A stretch of 64,000 nucleotides of DNA from Spirochaetaceae bacterium (GCA_051531975.1 JAOPTT010000003.1:64001-128000), one strand, 5' to 3'; positions 39,846 to 48,554 are shown, counted from the stretch's first letter. Numbers and translations are program-made. The notes: generated by a model not told the origin, from the letters alone.

Positions 39846-41669
39846 ATGACTATTAGATGGAAACTTTACACTATGGTGTTTGGTATTATTAGTGCATTTA
39901 CCATTGTGGTTCTTTTTGCTGTTTTTACATATATTCCATTAACCAGAATTTCAAAAGAAGCAGCTCATTTAAGGAATTTGACTGAAAGTATTCTAAATCT
40001 TAGAGGTGATATAAACTCACTTAGTGGAGAGTATATAGAATCTCAGAATAAAAGAATTAAAAAAACAAAATTAGATCTGGATAAAAAGTTTGTAATTTTG
40101 CATGAGTTGAAATATTTACCTAAACTTAATAATGATATTTCTGAAGCACTAAAAATAATTAAAAATCTTCAGATTCTTTTTGACACTGTTTGGAAAGATC
40201 TAGAAAAGAATACTGAACTAATAATGATTTACTCTGAAGAAGTTCTTTTTAGTTCGGACGTAAAAATCAGTGGACTCTGGAGTTCTCCATTAGCAGATAA
40301 AGAGACTGTTTTCGTACAAGTAAATGATTTTACTACTGCTATCTTAGCCACAGATGAAAATCTTGACCGTGCATATAAAGTAATATCTAAACAATTTGTA
40401 TCAATAGAAAATGAAATTAGTCGGAGAGAATCATTCATAGCATTTACTATTTTTATATCCATTGTAGTTGTTTTTTTCATTACCCTCATTTTATCGTTTC
40501 TTATTGCCAAAACAATTGGTAAGAATATCAGATTACTTGAAAAGGGATTGTCTATTGCTCTAAAAGGAAATTTGATAGACGAAATTAAAATCAAATCAAG
40601 TGATGAAATCGGAAAGCTTGGAAAAAACATTAATACCTTTACAGGAGAATTAGCTAATTCTATCAGGCAAATTAAGCGATCCTCTGAGAGGAACTTAGAT
40701 ATTAAAGAACAGTTAATAGATTCTACTATCGAGACATCTGCAACCTCAATTCAGATGAATAAATCTGTACAGAGCATACAAGACAAAATTAGTACCTTAG
40801 ACAAAAGCGTTCACGCGTCTACTATATCTGTGGCTACTGTTCAAAAGAGTATTAATGGTCTGAATAATGTTATACTAAAGCAGATTAGAACAATTGAGGA
40901 ATCTACAGCAGCTGTCACTGAAATGATTGCATCTATCGTAAGTGTGACTAAGATTACTAATCAGAAAAAAGAGAACTTCCGTAATCTTGTTGATACTGCA
41001 AAGAAAGGTGGCTCACAATTATTCTTTACAATACAGATAATCCAAGAAATAACCTCCAATATAGAGGAAATTCGAGGGATTGCATCAATAATTAATAATA
41101 TTTCAGAACATACTAATCTTCTAGCTATGAATGCAGCAATTGAAGCTGCTCATGCTGGAAATCATGGGCAGGGATTTTCAGTAGTAGCATCTGAGATACG
41201 GAAATTAGCAGAAGCCTCCGCTAAGAATTCAAATATTATAAGTAAAGTATTAAAAGAAACTGTTGAAAAGATTGAATCTGTATCTTTATCAGGAGAAGAA
41301 ACTCGTATTGCCTTTGACCATATTGATAGAGGTGTATCCGGGGAATATGATTCTTTTGAAGAAATCTATAACTGTATGAATGATATGAGTTCTGGAGGCC
41401 AGCAGATATTACAAACTATGGGTACACTTCAGAAATATTCAAGTGACGTACAGGAAGGAAGTTACGTTATAAGTGATTCATCTTCCCATCTTGAAGAAGC
41501 TGTTGGAATTGTAAAAACTGTTTCTTCAGAGGTATTAGGAAATATATCAGAAGTAAGCATAGGAATAAGTGAAATATCCATTGCTATGGATTCCTTAACA
41601 GATCTTAGTTCTAACCTAAGCGATATTGCACAGAACCTAAATGTAGAAATTAATAGATTCCAGACGTAA
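39846..41669 (+). CDS. Methyl-accepting chemotaxis protein
   Basis: Two TM, HAMP (DEIGKL), [30 protein letters not shown]; start refined by GGGGG RBS. Confidence 0.95.
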   Translation: MTIRWKLYTMVFGIISAFTIVVLFAVFTYIPLTRISKEAAHLRNLTESILNLRGDINSLSGEYIESQNKRIKKTKLDLDKKFVILHELKYLPKLNNDISEALKIIKNLQILFDTVWKDLEKNTELIMIYSEEVLFSSDVKISGLWSSPLADKETVFVQVNDFTTAILATDENLDRAYKVISKQFVSIENEISRRESFIAFTIFISIVVVFFITLILSFLIAKTIGKNIRLLEKGLSIALKGNLIDEIKIKSSDEIGKLGKNINTFTGELANSIRQIKRSSERNLDIKEQLIDSTIETSATSIQMNKSVQSIQDKISTLDKSVHASTISVATVQKSINGLNNVILKQIRTIEESTAAVTEMIASIVSVTKITNQKKENFRNLVDTAKKGGSQLFFTIQIIQEITSNIEEIRGIASIINNISEHTNLLAMNAAIEAAHAGNHGQGFSVVASEIRKLAEASAKNSNIISKVLKETVEKIESVSLSGEETRIAFDHIDRGVSGEYDSFEEIYNCMNDMSSGGQQILQTMGTLQKYSSDVQEGSYVISDSSSHLEEAVGIVKTVSSEVLGNISEVSIGISEISIAMDSLTDLSSNLSDIAQNLNVEINRFQT

Positions 41670-41751
41670 AAATACGCTCCAATAAAAGCATTAGGAAGAG
41701 CCAATTATTGGCTATTGAATTAAAATGAGGAGTTGGAGAATAAATAGTGAA

Positions 41752-42203
41752 ATGTTAGAAAAAGTATTGGCAAAAGGTGTAAATAATATTCATGGTAGAG
41801 TTAAGATTTCACAACCTGTCCTGACATTAAATATGATGAGGCAGAAGGGCCATTTAACACAGAACTAATAATGGCACTTATTTATATAGAAAATGAAATC
41901 TTTAAAAAGTCATCATATTTTAAAGATAAGTGGGCATTATTAATTGAGTTTAAAACAAACTGTCTGGCGACTATGGATATGACTTTACAACTAACTGACT
42001 ACGTTAATAAATGTAAGTTAAACGGGAAAATACAAGAAGCTACAGCCATTGTCGTAAATAAAGATGTAGTTGGATCTTTTTTTGCATCAAGGAGATATCG
42101 TCCAATTTATGAATATGTGAATATTCCATTTAAGTCTTTTAGTAATATAAAAGAAGCTGAGTTCTGGTTAGTAGATAAATTGAAAATCAATAATGAACTA
42201 TAA
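41752..42203 (+). pseudogene. Probably frameshifted hypothetical protein (STAS/SEC14-like small protein)
   Basis: MLEKVLAKGVNNIHGRVKISQP joins, after a 1-nt shift near 41815, PDIKYDEAEGPFNTELIMAL... of ORF 41871-42203; C-terminal FSNIKEAEFWL. Confidence 0.5.
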
Positions 42204-42238
42204 TCTGACATATTTAGTAGACTTTACACCCCTTACAG

Positions 42239-42315
42239 TAAAACGATATAATCTAAAGTTATAGAAGTATTGAGGTGGAGTGATGTTAGTTGAATTAAAA
42301 ATGATTGTTTAAAAG
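42239..42315 (+). repeat. Direct repeat copy 1: promoter, RBS and first codons of the aldose epimerase gene (frameshifted)
   Basis: About 72 of 78 nt identical to 48477-48554; one-base deletion breaks the frame. Confidence 0.9.
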
Positions 42316-42670
42316 CTTCATATATAATTAAATAGGTTCATAAAAACAGTTGATGATTACGATTATCCTAACATGAATTGGAATATAACATGCAGATGTG
42401 AAGTGATTCAGTTTACCGATGAAAAAACATGCCTATAACTTGTAGAAAAAGCAGTTAACCTGTTGTACAATTCCAAGACTAATGGGTGGAATGATATAAT
42501 ATCTTAGGTGAGAATACTAAACATAAAATAATGCAGCAGAATTACAATCTTAAACTAATAATTTAAACGTAATACTATTTTTTATACATCCTATTTAATA
42601 AACAGTTCAGCTAATTCTTTAACTTAATACTTTTTATTACAAAATCAAAATTTCATACTAAATAAATTGA

Positions 42671-42700
42671 TGTCCAGAAAAACGAACGATTAATTGTACA
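42671..42700 (+). repeat. 30-bp inverted repeat, left copy (res-site-like)
   Basis: tgtccagaaaaacgaacgattaattgtaca; reverse complement matches 47475-47504 at 28/30. Confidence 0.85.
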
Positions 42701-42806
42701 GTGAATATAGGTAACTTTTTTGACAGTTAATTAGGAACTAAGTATTATTAAATAATTGTTATACAATTTTAGCCCCTCATAGATTGTGTTAGATATTTAA
42801 AGTATC

Positions 42807-43258
42807 TTAATGTTCATAATTATAAGGGTTAATGGGGTCTAAGTTCCTGTCATCGTATGGTATATTATTTGAAATATTTTCTATTTTAGGTGCACCATCT
42901 TGAAGTGGATCAGAAGGATCAAAAACCGTTAGATCACATATGCATTAGAAAGATATAGGGGGGCACGTTATCTTCCATTGCAGTTGCAATATCATCATCA
43001 GAAAGATACTCTCCATTTCCTAATTTTCCATCAGAATGAAAATGTACCAATCCAACTACAGTTTCATTCTGATGGATTAATACTAGTTCTTGATCCAATA
43101 TTTGGAATCGTATAGGTAACTTTTCCTTCTTTTTAACCTTCTATTTTATATATACTAGAACTTAACTCACGATTTTTTCTTATTGAGTCATCTCCATAAG
43201 TTTTCACCAAATGTTTAGAGGAACTTTCAATATCATAAAAATCCAAGAAAGGAGTATT
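42807..43258 (-). pseudogene. Decayed RHS-type C-terminal toxin domain (DUF4329/JAB-like)
   Basis: Joined frames: KTYGDDSIRKNRELSSSIYK..YTIPNIG..ETVVGLVHFHSDG..YLSDDDIA..LYLSNAY.DLTVFDP..ISNNIPYDD; internal stop and frameshifts. Confidence 0.6.
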
Positions 43259-43334
43259 TATTTATTTTATTAGAATTATTGGATATCATTTTAAGAGTTT
43301 ACTTCTAGTATGGTCTATTATCAAATTGATTTAA

Positions 43335-43366
43335 AATACTAAAGCCCTAAAAAGGGCCTTAGTATT
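43335..43366 (-). terminator. Intrinsic terminator
   Basis: aatactaaagccct-aaaa-agggccttagtatt with T-run on the minus strand. Confidence 0.65.
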
Positions 43367-43384
43367 CCAAGAAAAGTATTTTCT

Positions 43385-43440
43385 CATAAGTCGAAGGTTC
43401 TCTGACCTACAGAGTAGGTACTGTCCGCCGTTATCTTATG
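43385..43440 (-). ncRNA. Candidate structured RNA element
   Basis: GC-rich nested stems cataag/cttatg, cggcgg/ccttcg and acctac/gtaggt in an AT-rich context, directly before a terminator. Confidence 0.3.
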
Positions 43441-43465
43441 GGGCTTTAATCATTAATATAGATAA

Positions 43466-43855
43466 TTATATAAAATATTTCTTTCTTCTTAAGCTGTTTA
43501 AAAACAGTAATATAATAAAAACAATTAAATACTGAATATAGTTAAAAATATGAACTAGACCTAACTCTTGCATTTTAAATTGAATAATTAGCCTTGGGAT
43601 CAATGCTAATAAAAGGTAGACAATGATTGCAAGAATACTGAATAGCTTCTTTTTAGAAACAGCAATTGCAGATATAGGCAATAAAATAACTAAACTAATT
43701 GATCTTACTTTAAAGAATAATGGCAATGATTCAAAATAATTTGGAGCTGGTAAAATTTCTAAATAAGATATAATAATCGTTATTAACAGACCAACAATAT
43801 TAATCGAACTCATTATAAATAATAACACTATTGCAAAGCCTGCTTTATTTTTCAT
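43466..43855 (-). CDS. Hypothetical 4-TM membrane protein (candidate immunity)
   Basis: AGGAG RBS; four hydrophobic segments; RHS-remnant context. Confidence 0.65.
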   Translation of the reverse strand: MKNKAGFAIVLLFIMSSINIVGLLITIIISYLEILPAPNYFESLPLFFKVRSISLVILLPISAIAVSKKKLFSILAIIVYLLLALIPRLIIQFKMQELGLVHIFNYIQYLIVFIILLFLNSLRRKKYFI

Positions 43856-43922
43856 ATTTTTTCTCCTATAATACTATGTAAATAGTATAAATGAATCGCT
43901 CATTAAATAAATATCAATATTA

Positions 43923-43950
43923 AGTCGACTGAGTGATAATGATTGGAAGC
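43923..43950. repeat. 28-bp dif-like repeat, copy A
   Basis: agtcgactgag-tgataa-tgattggaagc; 23/28 identical to 45311-45338. Confidence 0.5.
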
Positions 43951-43966
43951 TATTCTACATATACAC

Positions 43967-44281
43967 TTATTCAAATTGCTTCCGGTTTTTAATTCGATAT
44001 AAGGTTAATGAGATCCAAAAGATAAAAATAAAAAAAACTCCAATAACTAAAGTTATACAACACACCCATGTTAAGGTATTTTGGTTTATATATTCTTTAT
44101 TCGTAATATATACTTCTTTACCATTTATATCTGTAAAAAAATAATATGAGTCATACTTTTCAGCAAATAAATAAATTCCACCTACAGAGTCACTATTTTT
44201 TTTAGCTAATGAACCAGTGATACTTCCTATAATTAATAATGTAATACCTAATAATAATTTATAGTACTTTAATGTTTTCAT
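43967..44281 (-). CDS. Hypothetical 2-TM membrane protein (candidate immunity)
   Basis: AGGA RBS; N- and C-terminal hydrophobic segments. Confidence 0.6.
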   Translation of the reverse strand: MKTLKYYKLLLGITLLIIGSITGSLAKKNSDSVGGIYLFAEKYDSYYFFTDINGKEVYITNKEYINQNTLTWVCCITLVIGVFFIFIFWISLTLYRIKNRKQFE

Positions 44282-44316
44282 ACATCATCCTTTATGTTTT
44301 AAATCTCATTTTTATA

Positions 44317-44610
44317 TTAAATAAACTCTTTTGATATTGTCATAATTCCATTAAACCATAATGTTAAGACCCAAGAACCTAAAAAAATAGAAAAAGGAAA
44401 ACTTAAATAAAATATTTTACGAGTTTTTATAATTGTAAAAACATAATATATCAAAATAAACATAACAAGAATGTTATAGATAATCAAAGAAATTGATTCC
44501 CCAAAATCACTGGTAATATTAATGATTGTAATCATAAACTTAACCAATTTTAGAAAGCCTAACAAACATAATTCAGATAATAAAAAAGTTGCATATATTC
44601 TTTTTCCCAT
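44317..44610 (-). CDS. Hypothetical 3-TM membrane protein (candidate immunity)
   Basis: AGGAG RBS; hydrophobic. Confidence 0.6.
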   Translation of the reverse strand: MGKRIYATFLLSELCLLGFLKLVKFMITIINITSDFGESISLIIYNILVMFILIYYVFTIIKTRKIFYLSFPFSIFLGSWVLTLWFNGIMTISKEFI

Positions 44611-44746
44611 AATAAAAACTCCTATTCTGCTGGTGTTATAGATCTTCCTTATTTTAGTTTTGTTAAATATAAATCCAGAAAAGTTTAAGTCTTCTAGATT
44701 CTTATTATAAATTTGTAGATTCTGTTAAGAAATTTAATTTGTGGGT

Positions 44747-45115
44747 TTATTTAGTATGAATATATCCAATTATTCGACCATCCTTTTTTGATATTTTTAT
44801 ATATGGGATACCTCCAGTGGAATACATAGCTTCAGTCCTATGAAAAGTACCTGTTATTAACCAAACAGTACCATCTTCAACTAATTCTGCTTTAAAAGGT
44901 TTCTTGTCATTTACTTCTTCTCCATAATTTGAAACCAATAGCACTTCAGCAATTTTTATTGCAACAGATGCATCTCTAACAAATCCATCACTACGCTCTA
45001 TTACTATAATTGAACCTATATCCTTGTCTTTGTGTTCACTTCTTGTATATTCAACTGAAAATATTGGAGGTGAGACGAGTAGTAGTAATAAAATCTTTAT
45101 AAAATTATTTTTCAT
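44747..45115 (-). CDS. YbbC/YhhH-family (NTF2-fold) immunity protein
   Basis: Signal peptide; FVRDASVAIKIAEVLLVSNYG..KPFKAEL..WLITGT..GGIPYIKISKKDGRI. Confidence 0.8.
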   Translation of the reverse strand: MKNNFIKILLLLLVSPPIFSVEYTRSEHKDKDIGSIIVIERSDGFVRDASVAIKIAEVLLVSNYGEEVNDKKPFKAELVEDGTVWLITGTFHRTEAMYSTGGIPYIKISKKDGRIIGYIHTK

Positions 45116-45165
45116 AATTTATTCTCCTATTATTTAACTACAATTAGACTGTGTTATGATGTAGC

Positions 45166-45213
45166 TAACTTCGTTGGATCAATAATGTTAATCAGATTGT
45201 TTCCTATATACTT
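45166..45213 (-). pseudogene. Remnant of the RHS core C-terminal motif
   Basis: Minus-strand KYIGNNLINIIDPTKL resembles YxxNNPINxxDPTGL, just upstream of the immunity gene. Confidence 0.6.
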
Positions 45214-45310
45214 ATCGAAGGTCCAACCATATTTAGTCATTTAATATCTTAACCTTTAATTATTATCTGAGCCACTTAATTAAATTTTGAAAAACTTAAA
45301 TGCCGATATC

Positions 45311-45338
45311 AGTCGACAGAATGATAATTATCAGAAGC
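45311..45338. repeat. 28-bp dif-like repeat, copy B
   Basis: Reverse complement GCTTCTGATAA-TTATCA-TTCTGTCGACT, an 11-6-11 layout resembling B. subtilis dif ACTTCCTAGAA-TATATA-TTATGTAAACT. Confidence 0.55.
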
Positions 45339-45654
45339 AATGTGTTAAGTTGCTAAATACGAAGATTATATATAAATTTATTACTACTCCACTTTGTTTG
45401 GAAATTGATAATGGATTCTTCTTAGTGAATTTAGTTATATTCAGAAGGTGTATTTCAAACTCTTGGTACCAAAGACACGAAACCAAACTACAGTTTAACC
45501 TTGACTCAATAAACCAAGACTCTTTTCATTTGGCAATGTATAATCTTTTATTGTTACTGTAGAATGCATTATGACCTATTTTGCTAATTCCAACTTTTTA
45601 TCATGGATAAAAATAATCATCGAATATTATATAAGTGCTAATTTGTATTATTCT

Positions 45655-46134
45655 TTACTTCTTCCTTATCTCTAATAACTCTTTTTCTGTAGCTGTATAA
45701 CTATTAATACTTAAGATCATATTATCAATATTACTTAATATCTCTACTTTATAATCATCATTGTTGTTATTATTAGTAATACTCGTAACTAATAAAATTT
45801 TATATGCTTCTATTAATTTATTTTGCTGTGAAGGATTATCAGACACAAGCTTTATTGTGTAGTCTAATATAAATACAAGCTCTTTTCTATTAATGTTAAA
45901 CTGCTCAACTATTACATCATGTTCTTTAGAGTCTTCTAGCATAATCTGCTTAAGTGCATTTAAATGTATAAGTGCCTTCTCTCCATAATCAATTGTATTT
46001 AAAGTATGTTCTATCCATCCTTCTTTTTCCTTGTTGCTACAGGTCATTAGAACTAATAGTGTAAGTAGAAAAATTATATTTTTTAGTTTAATCATATACT
46101 TGTCCTTTTTATACTTTTTAATAAAATAAACCAT
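45655..46134 (-). CDS. Hypothetical lipoprotein
   Basis: Hydrophobic stretch ending LMTC; likely start at MIKLK. Confidence 0.6.
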   Translation of the reverse strand: MVYFIKKYKKDKYMIKLKNIIFLLTLLVLMTCSNKEKEGWIEHTLNTIDYGEKALIHLNALKQIMLEDSKEHDVIVEQFNINRKELVFILDYTIKLVSDNPSQQNKLIEAYKILLVTSITNNNNNDDYKVEILSNIDNMILSINSYTATEKELLEIRKK

Positions 46135-46327
46135 CCCAATTCATGTTGCAATAAATCGCAACAATTAAATAAGTAGATGAGAATATAATAATCAAAGATC
46201 TAAACCTCTTTTTATCTAATTGTTTAGTAATATAATATCCAATACATCTTCCAGTAAAAGTTATAAATAAAAGTGAAAACAAGAGAATATTAAATATAAT
46301 TCTATTTTGAAGTAATTCTTTAGTCAT
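46118..46327 (-). CDS. Small 2-TM hypothetical protein
   Basis: Two hydrophobic segments; overlaps the neighbouring ORFs. Confidence 0.5.
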   Translation of the reverse strand: MTKELLQNRIIFNILLFSLLFITFTGRCIGYYITKQLDKKRFRSLIIIFSSTYLIVAIYCNMNWDGLFY

Positions 46328-46463
46328 CAATTTTTGTAAAACTAGCTTTTAATTCATCTAATCCCTCAGTATAAGTTACATACGATTCTTCATTATTTAC
46401 TTTTAATAAACAATATTCATCTCCTGCAGGATGATTCTTCCACACGACATTACCCTCTTTCAT
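46320..46463 (-). CDS. 47-aa ORF not in the supplied track, possible orphan toxin-tip fragment
   Basis: GAGGT RBS; MKEGNVVWKNHPAGDEYCLLKVNNEESYVTYTEGLDELKASFTKIDD*; stop overlaps the next ATG. Confidence 0.4.
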   Translation of the reverse strand: MKEGNVVWKNHPAGDEYCLLKVNNEESYVTYTEGLDELKASFTKIDD

Positions 46464-46498
46464 TAATACCTCTATTAAATCTTATTTATGTTTTTTAA

Positions 46499-47191
46499 TT
46501 ATATTGGATATAATCCCCAATATACTTGTGTATTGGAACTACAATAAAATCCCTCATAGTTGTTCTCTTCAATAATTTTTTCAATAATATCCTTAGAAGA
46601 ACATAGAAAAGAACAATGACTATCCCAGTGTGTTGAAACTAGTAACTTTTCATCATTAGTAAAAATATTACCATGCCCAGGTATTAAGTCATTCAGTTTT
46701 AGTTTATCAATTGAATATAATGTTCTTTCTGTTGAAAATTCATCTCCAATCCATAAGTGGGTATACCCTAGTTTTTCTATAGAGTTGTATAATCGGTTTT
46801 CTAATAGTGGAGGAATATCTCCTTCAGGAGGTTGAATTAAATCATATTCTTCTAATAGGTTATCTAATTTATTTTCTAATATGTCTGATCTAAACTTCTT
46901 TTTTATTCCATGTATACTAGTTCGTAAAGCTATGTCTATTTCTGATATATTGTTGAAATTACCTAAGTGTAAAATTTTACTCCAAGGTATTGGTTCACAA
47001 TTTTTGATTATTTCGAATTTATCAGGCCATGTTTCTGGATAAAAACAGTCGCTATTAATTTTTACTGGTTTCACAAAAGGATGCAGTAAAACATAAACAG
47101 ATTCAAAATTACTGGAATAGTAATCAACTATTTTGCCATCAATAGGGCAAGATGCATAAATATGTGGTTTAGGAATAATATTTTTTTTCAT
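46499..47191 (-). CDS. DUF2711-like hypothetical protein
   Basis: FESVYVLLHPF, PPEG, LWIGDEF, THWDSHCSFLCS, EGFYC. Confidence 0.6.
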   Translation of the reverse strand: MKKNIIPKPHIYASCPIDGKIVDYYSSNFESVYVLLHPFVKPVKINSDCFYPETWPDKFEIIKNCEPIPWSKILHLGNFNNISEIDIALRTSIHGIKKKFRSDILENKLDNLLEEYDLIQPPEGDIPPLLENRLYNSIEKLGYTHLWIGDEFSTERTLYSIDKLKLNDLIPGHGNIFTNDEKLLVSTHWDSHCSFLCSSKDIIEKIIEENNYEGFYCSSNTQVYWGLYPI

Positions 47192-47474
47192 AATAACTCA
47201 CTTGTTAAAATATACAATAAGATTTTTACTTAAACAATATTCTATTAGGTATTTTTTTATTGAATAGAACATATTATATCACTTGTTTTATCCTGATTTA
47301 GCAGAATAAAGTACTTTTAATATATCCATTGCCGTATAACCTTGTGTTTATGAGTTTTCAGTTTACATATGTCTGTATAACTGAATGTATGATTATTTAA
47401 TATTGCCCCTGTAAATTATATTTATCAAGGTAGAAACTTTTTATATTTATATGAATTTAAAGTTAGTAATATTA

Positions 47475-47504
47475 TGTACAAATAATCGTTCGTTTTTCTG
47501 AACA
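47475..47504 (-). repeat. 30-bp inverted repeat, right copy
   Basis: tgtacaaataatcgttcgtttttctgaaca. Confidence 0.85.
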
Positions 47505-47592
47505 CACAGCTAGCAGCAAATTTTAAGTCAATTATGATATAAAACTAATGTAAAATTATAATATTTTTGTATGGTTAGTATAAAAAAATATT

Positions 47593-47874
47593 CTACACTA
47601 ACCTAAGCTCAACTCTTTTACCAAGTATTTCAGCTGCTTTTTCAATTGTTGTTAAATTTATGGAGGTTTCTTCTGGATCTAATAAACGATCCAATGTAGA
47701 TCTTGAAGTTTTCATTAGTTCAGCCATTTTAATTTTTTTGATATTCTTTAGCTTCATTTCTTCAAGAAGTTGTTCTGCAATAACTTTTTTTATTGCCCTA
47801 GAATTAACTTCTTCAAGTAATCCACGATCCTTTAGATAATCATCAACATTACTTCCTATCTTCGATTTCTTCAT
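47593..47874 (-). CDS. XRE-family antitoxin/HTH regulator
   Basis: IGSNVDDYL..AIKKVIA..MAELMKTSRSTLDRLLDP..LTTIEKAAEILGK. Confidence 0.88.
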   Translation of the reverse strand: MKKSKIGSNVDDYLKDRGLLEEVNSRAIKKVIAEQLLEEMKLKNIKKIKMAELMKTSRSTLDRLLDPEETSINLTTIEKAAEILGKRVELRLV

Positions 47875-47898
47875 ACTTACCCCCTTACATATAAAGTG

Positions 47899-48240
47899 TT
47901 ATGTTTTGATTCTTTTCTCAGCAAGCCTTATATCTTTTAGTGGAGTCTGTTGTGTTTTTTTAATAAAGCCATGAACAAGAATCATTTTATCTCCTTTGAT
48001 GGTAAAAAGCACTCTTGAAATCCTACGACTACTAATCTTCGATCTTACTTCCCAAATCTTTGGATTAGTCTTTATTTTCTTAGTCAAAGGCATTCCAATT
48101 GGCCAACCAAAAATTACTTTTTTTACATCAGACATGATTATATTAACATCATCATCTGATAAATTATCTAACCATTTCTTGACTGGTTCTGAACCTGTTC
48201 TAGTTTTAAAAAAAACTAGTATAAGAATTCTTTTTCTCAA
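47899..48240 (-). CDS. RelE/ParE-family (Gp49/HigB-like) toxin
   Basis: FFKTRTGSEPVKKWL, GWPIGMP, IWEVRS, RVLF, LVHGFIKKTQQTP. Confidence 0.88.
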   Translation of the reverse strand: MRKRILILVFFKTRTGSEPVKKWLDNLSDDDVNIIMSDVKKVIFGWPIGMPLTKKIKTNPKIWEVRSKISSRRISRVLFTIKGDKMILVHGFIKKTQQTPLKDIRLAEKRIKT

Positions 48241-48476
48241 TTGTAATAGACCTGCCCTATATACTATGCATTTAGAAACCTGACAATCATTACAATCAAA
48301 ACCTTATACTTTACTGTATGTTTAAACATACAATATGTCAATAATGATTTAGTGTTGGTGTTCTAAGTATATAAATTACTTTATAAGAGATTTATATTTT
48401 GATTCAAAATATTTCATAATAAGCATCGTATTAAATAATATTTCATGAGATTTAACTGACTATACAATTTTTGTAA

Positions 48477-48554
48477 TAAAACGATATAATCTATAGTCAT
48501 AGAAGTATTGAGGTGGAGTTATGTTAGTTGAGTTGAAAAATGACTGTTTAAAAG
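48477..48554 (+). repeat. Direct repeat copy 2: intact promoter/RBS/start of the aldose epimerase gene
   Basis: TATAAT, GAGGTGGAG RBS, ATGTTAGTTGAGTTGAAAAAT. Confidence 0.9.

Larger units (their letters stand above)
42239..48554. mobile_element. Genomic islet (~6.3 kb) bounded by direct repeats, without integrase
   Basis: Flanking duplication, very AT-rich, short minus-strand ORFs, RHS remnants, TA pair. Confidence 0.7.

Noticed and set aside
45287..45562. 91-aa plus-strand ORF inside the islet
   Set aside because: Opposite to all islet genes, TTG start without RBS, overlaps the dif-like repeat; more likely decayed sequence.
47331..47345. GTTATAC core-like motif as a second attC (also at ~42758)
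   Set aside because: Only 7-9 bp with no partner palindrome; expected by chance.
48409..48436. atatttcataa-taagca-tcgtattaaat as another dif-like site
   Set aside because: Nearly all A/T and unlike the two clearer repeats; not distinguishable from background.
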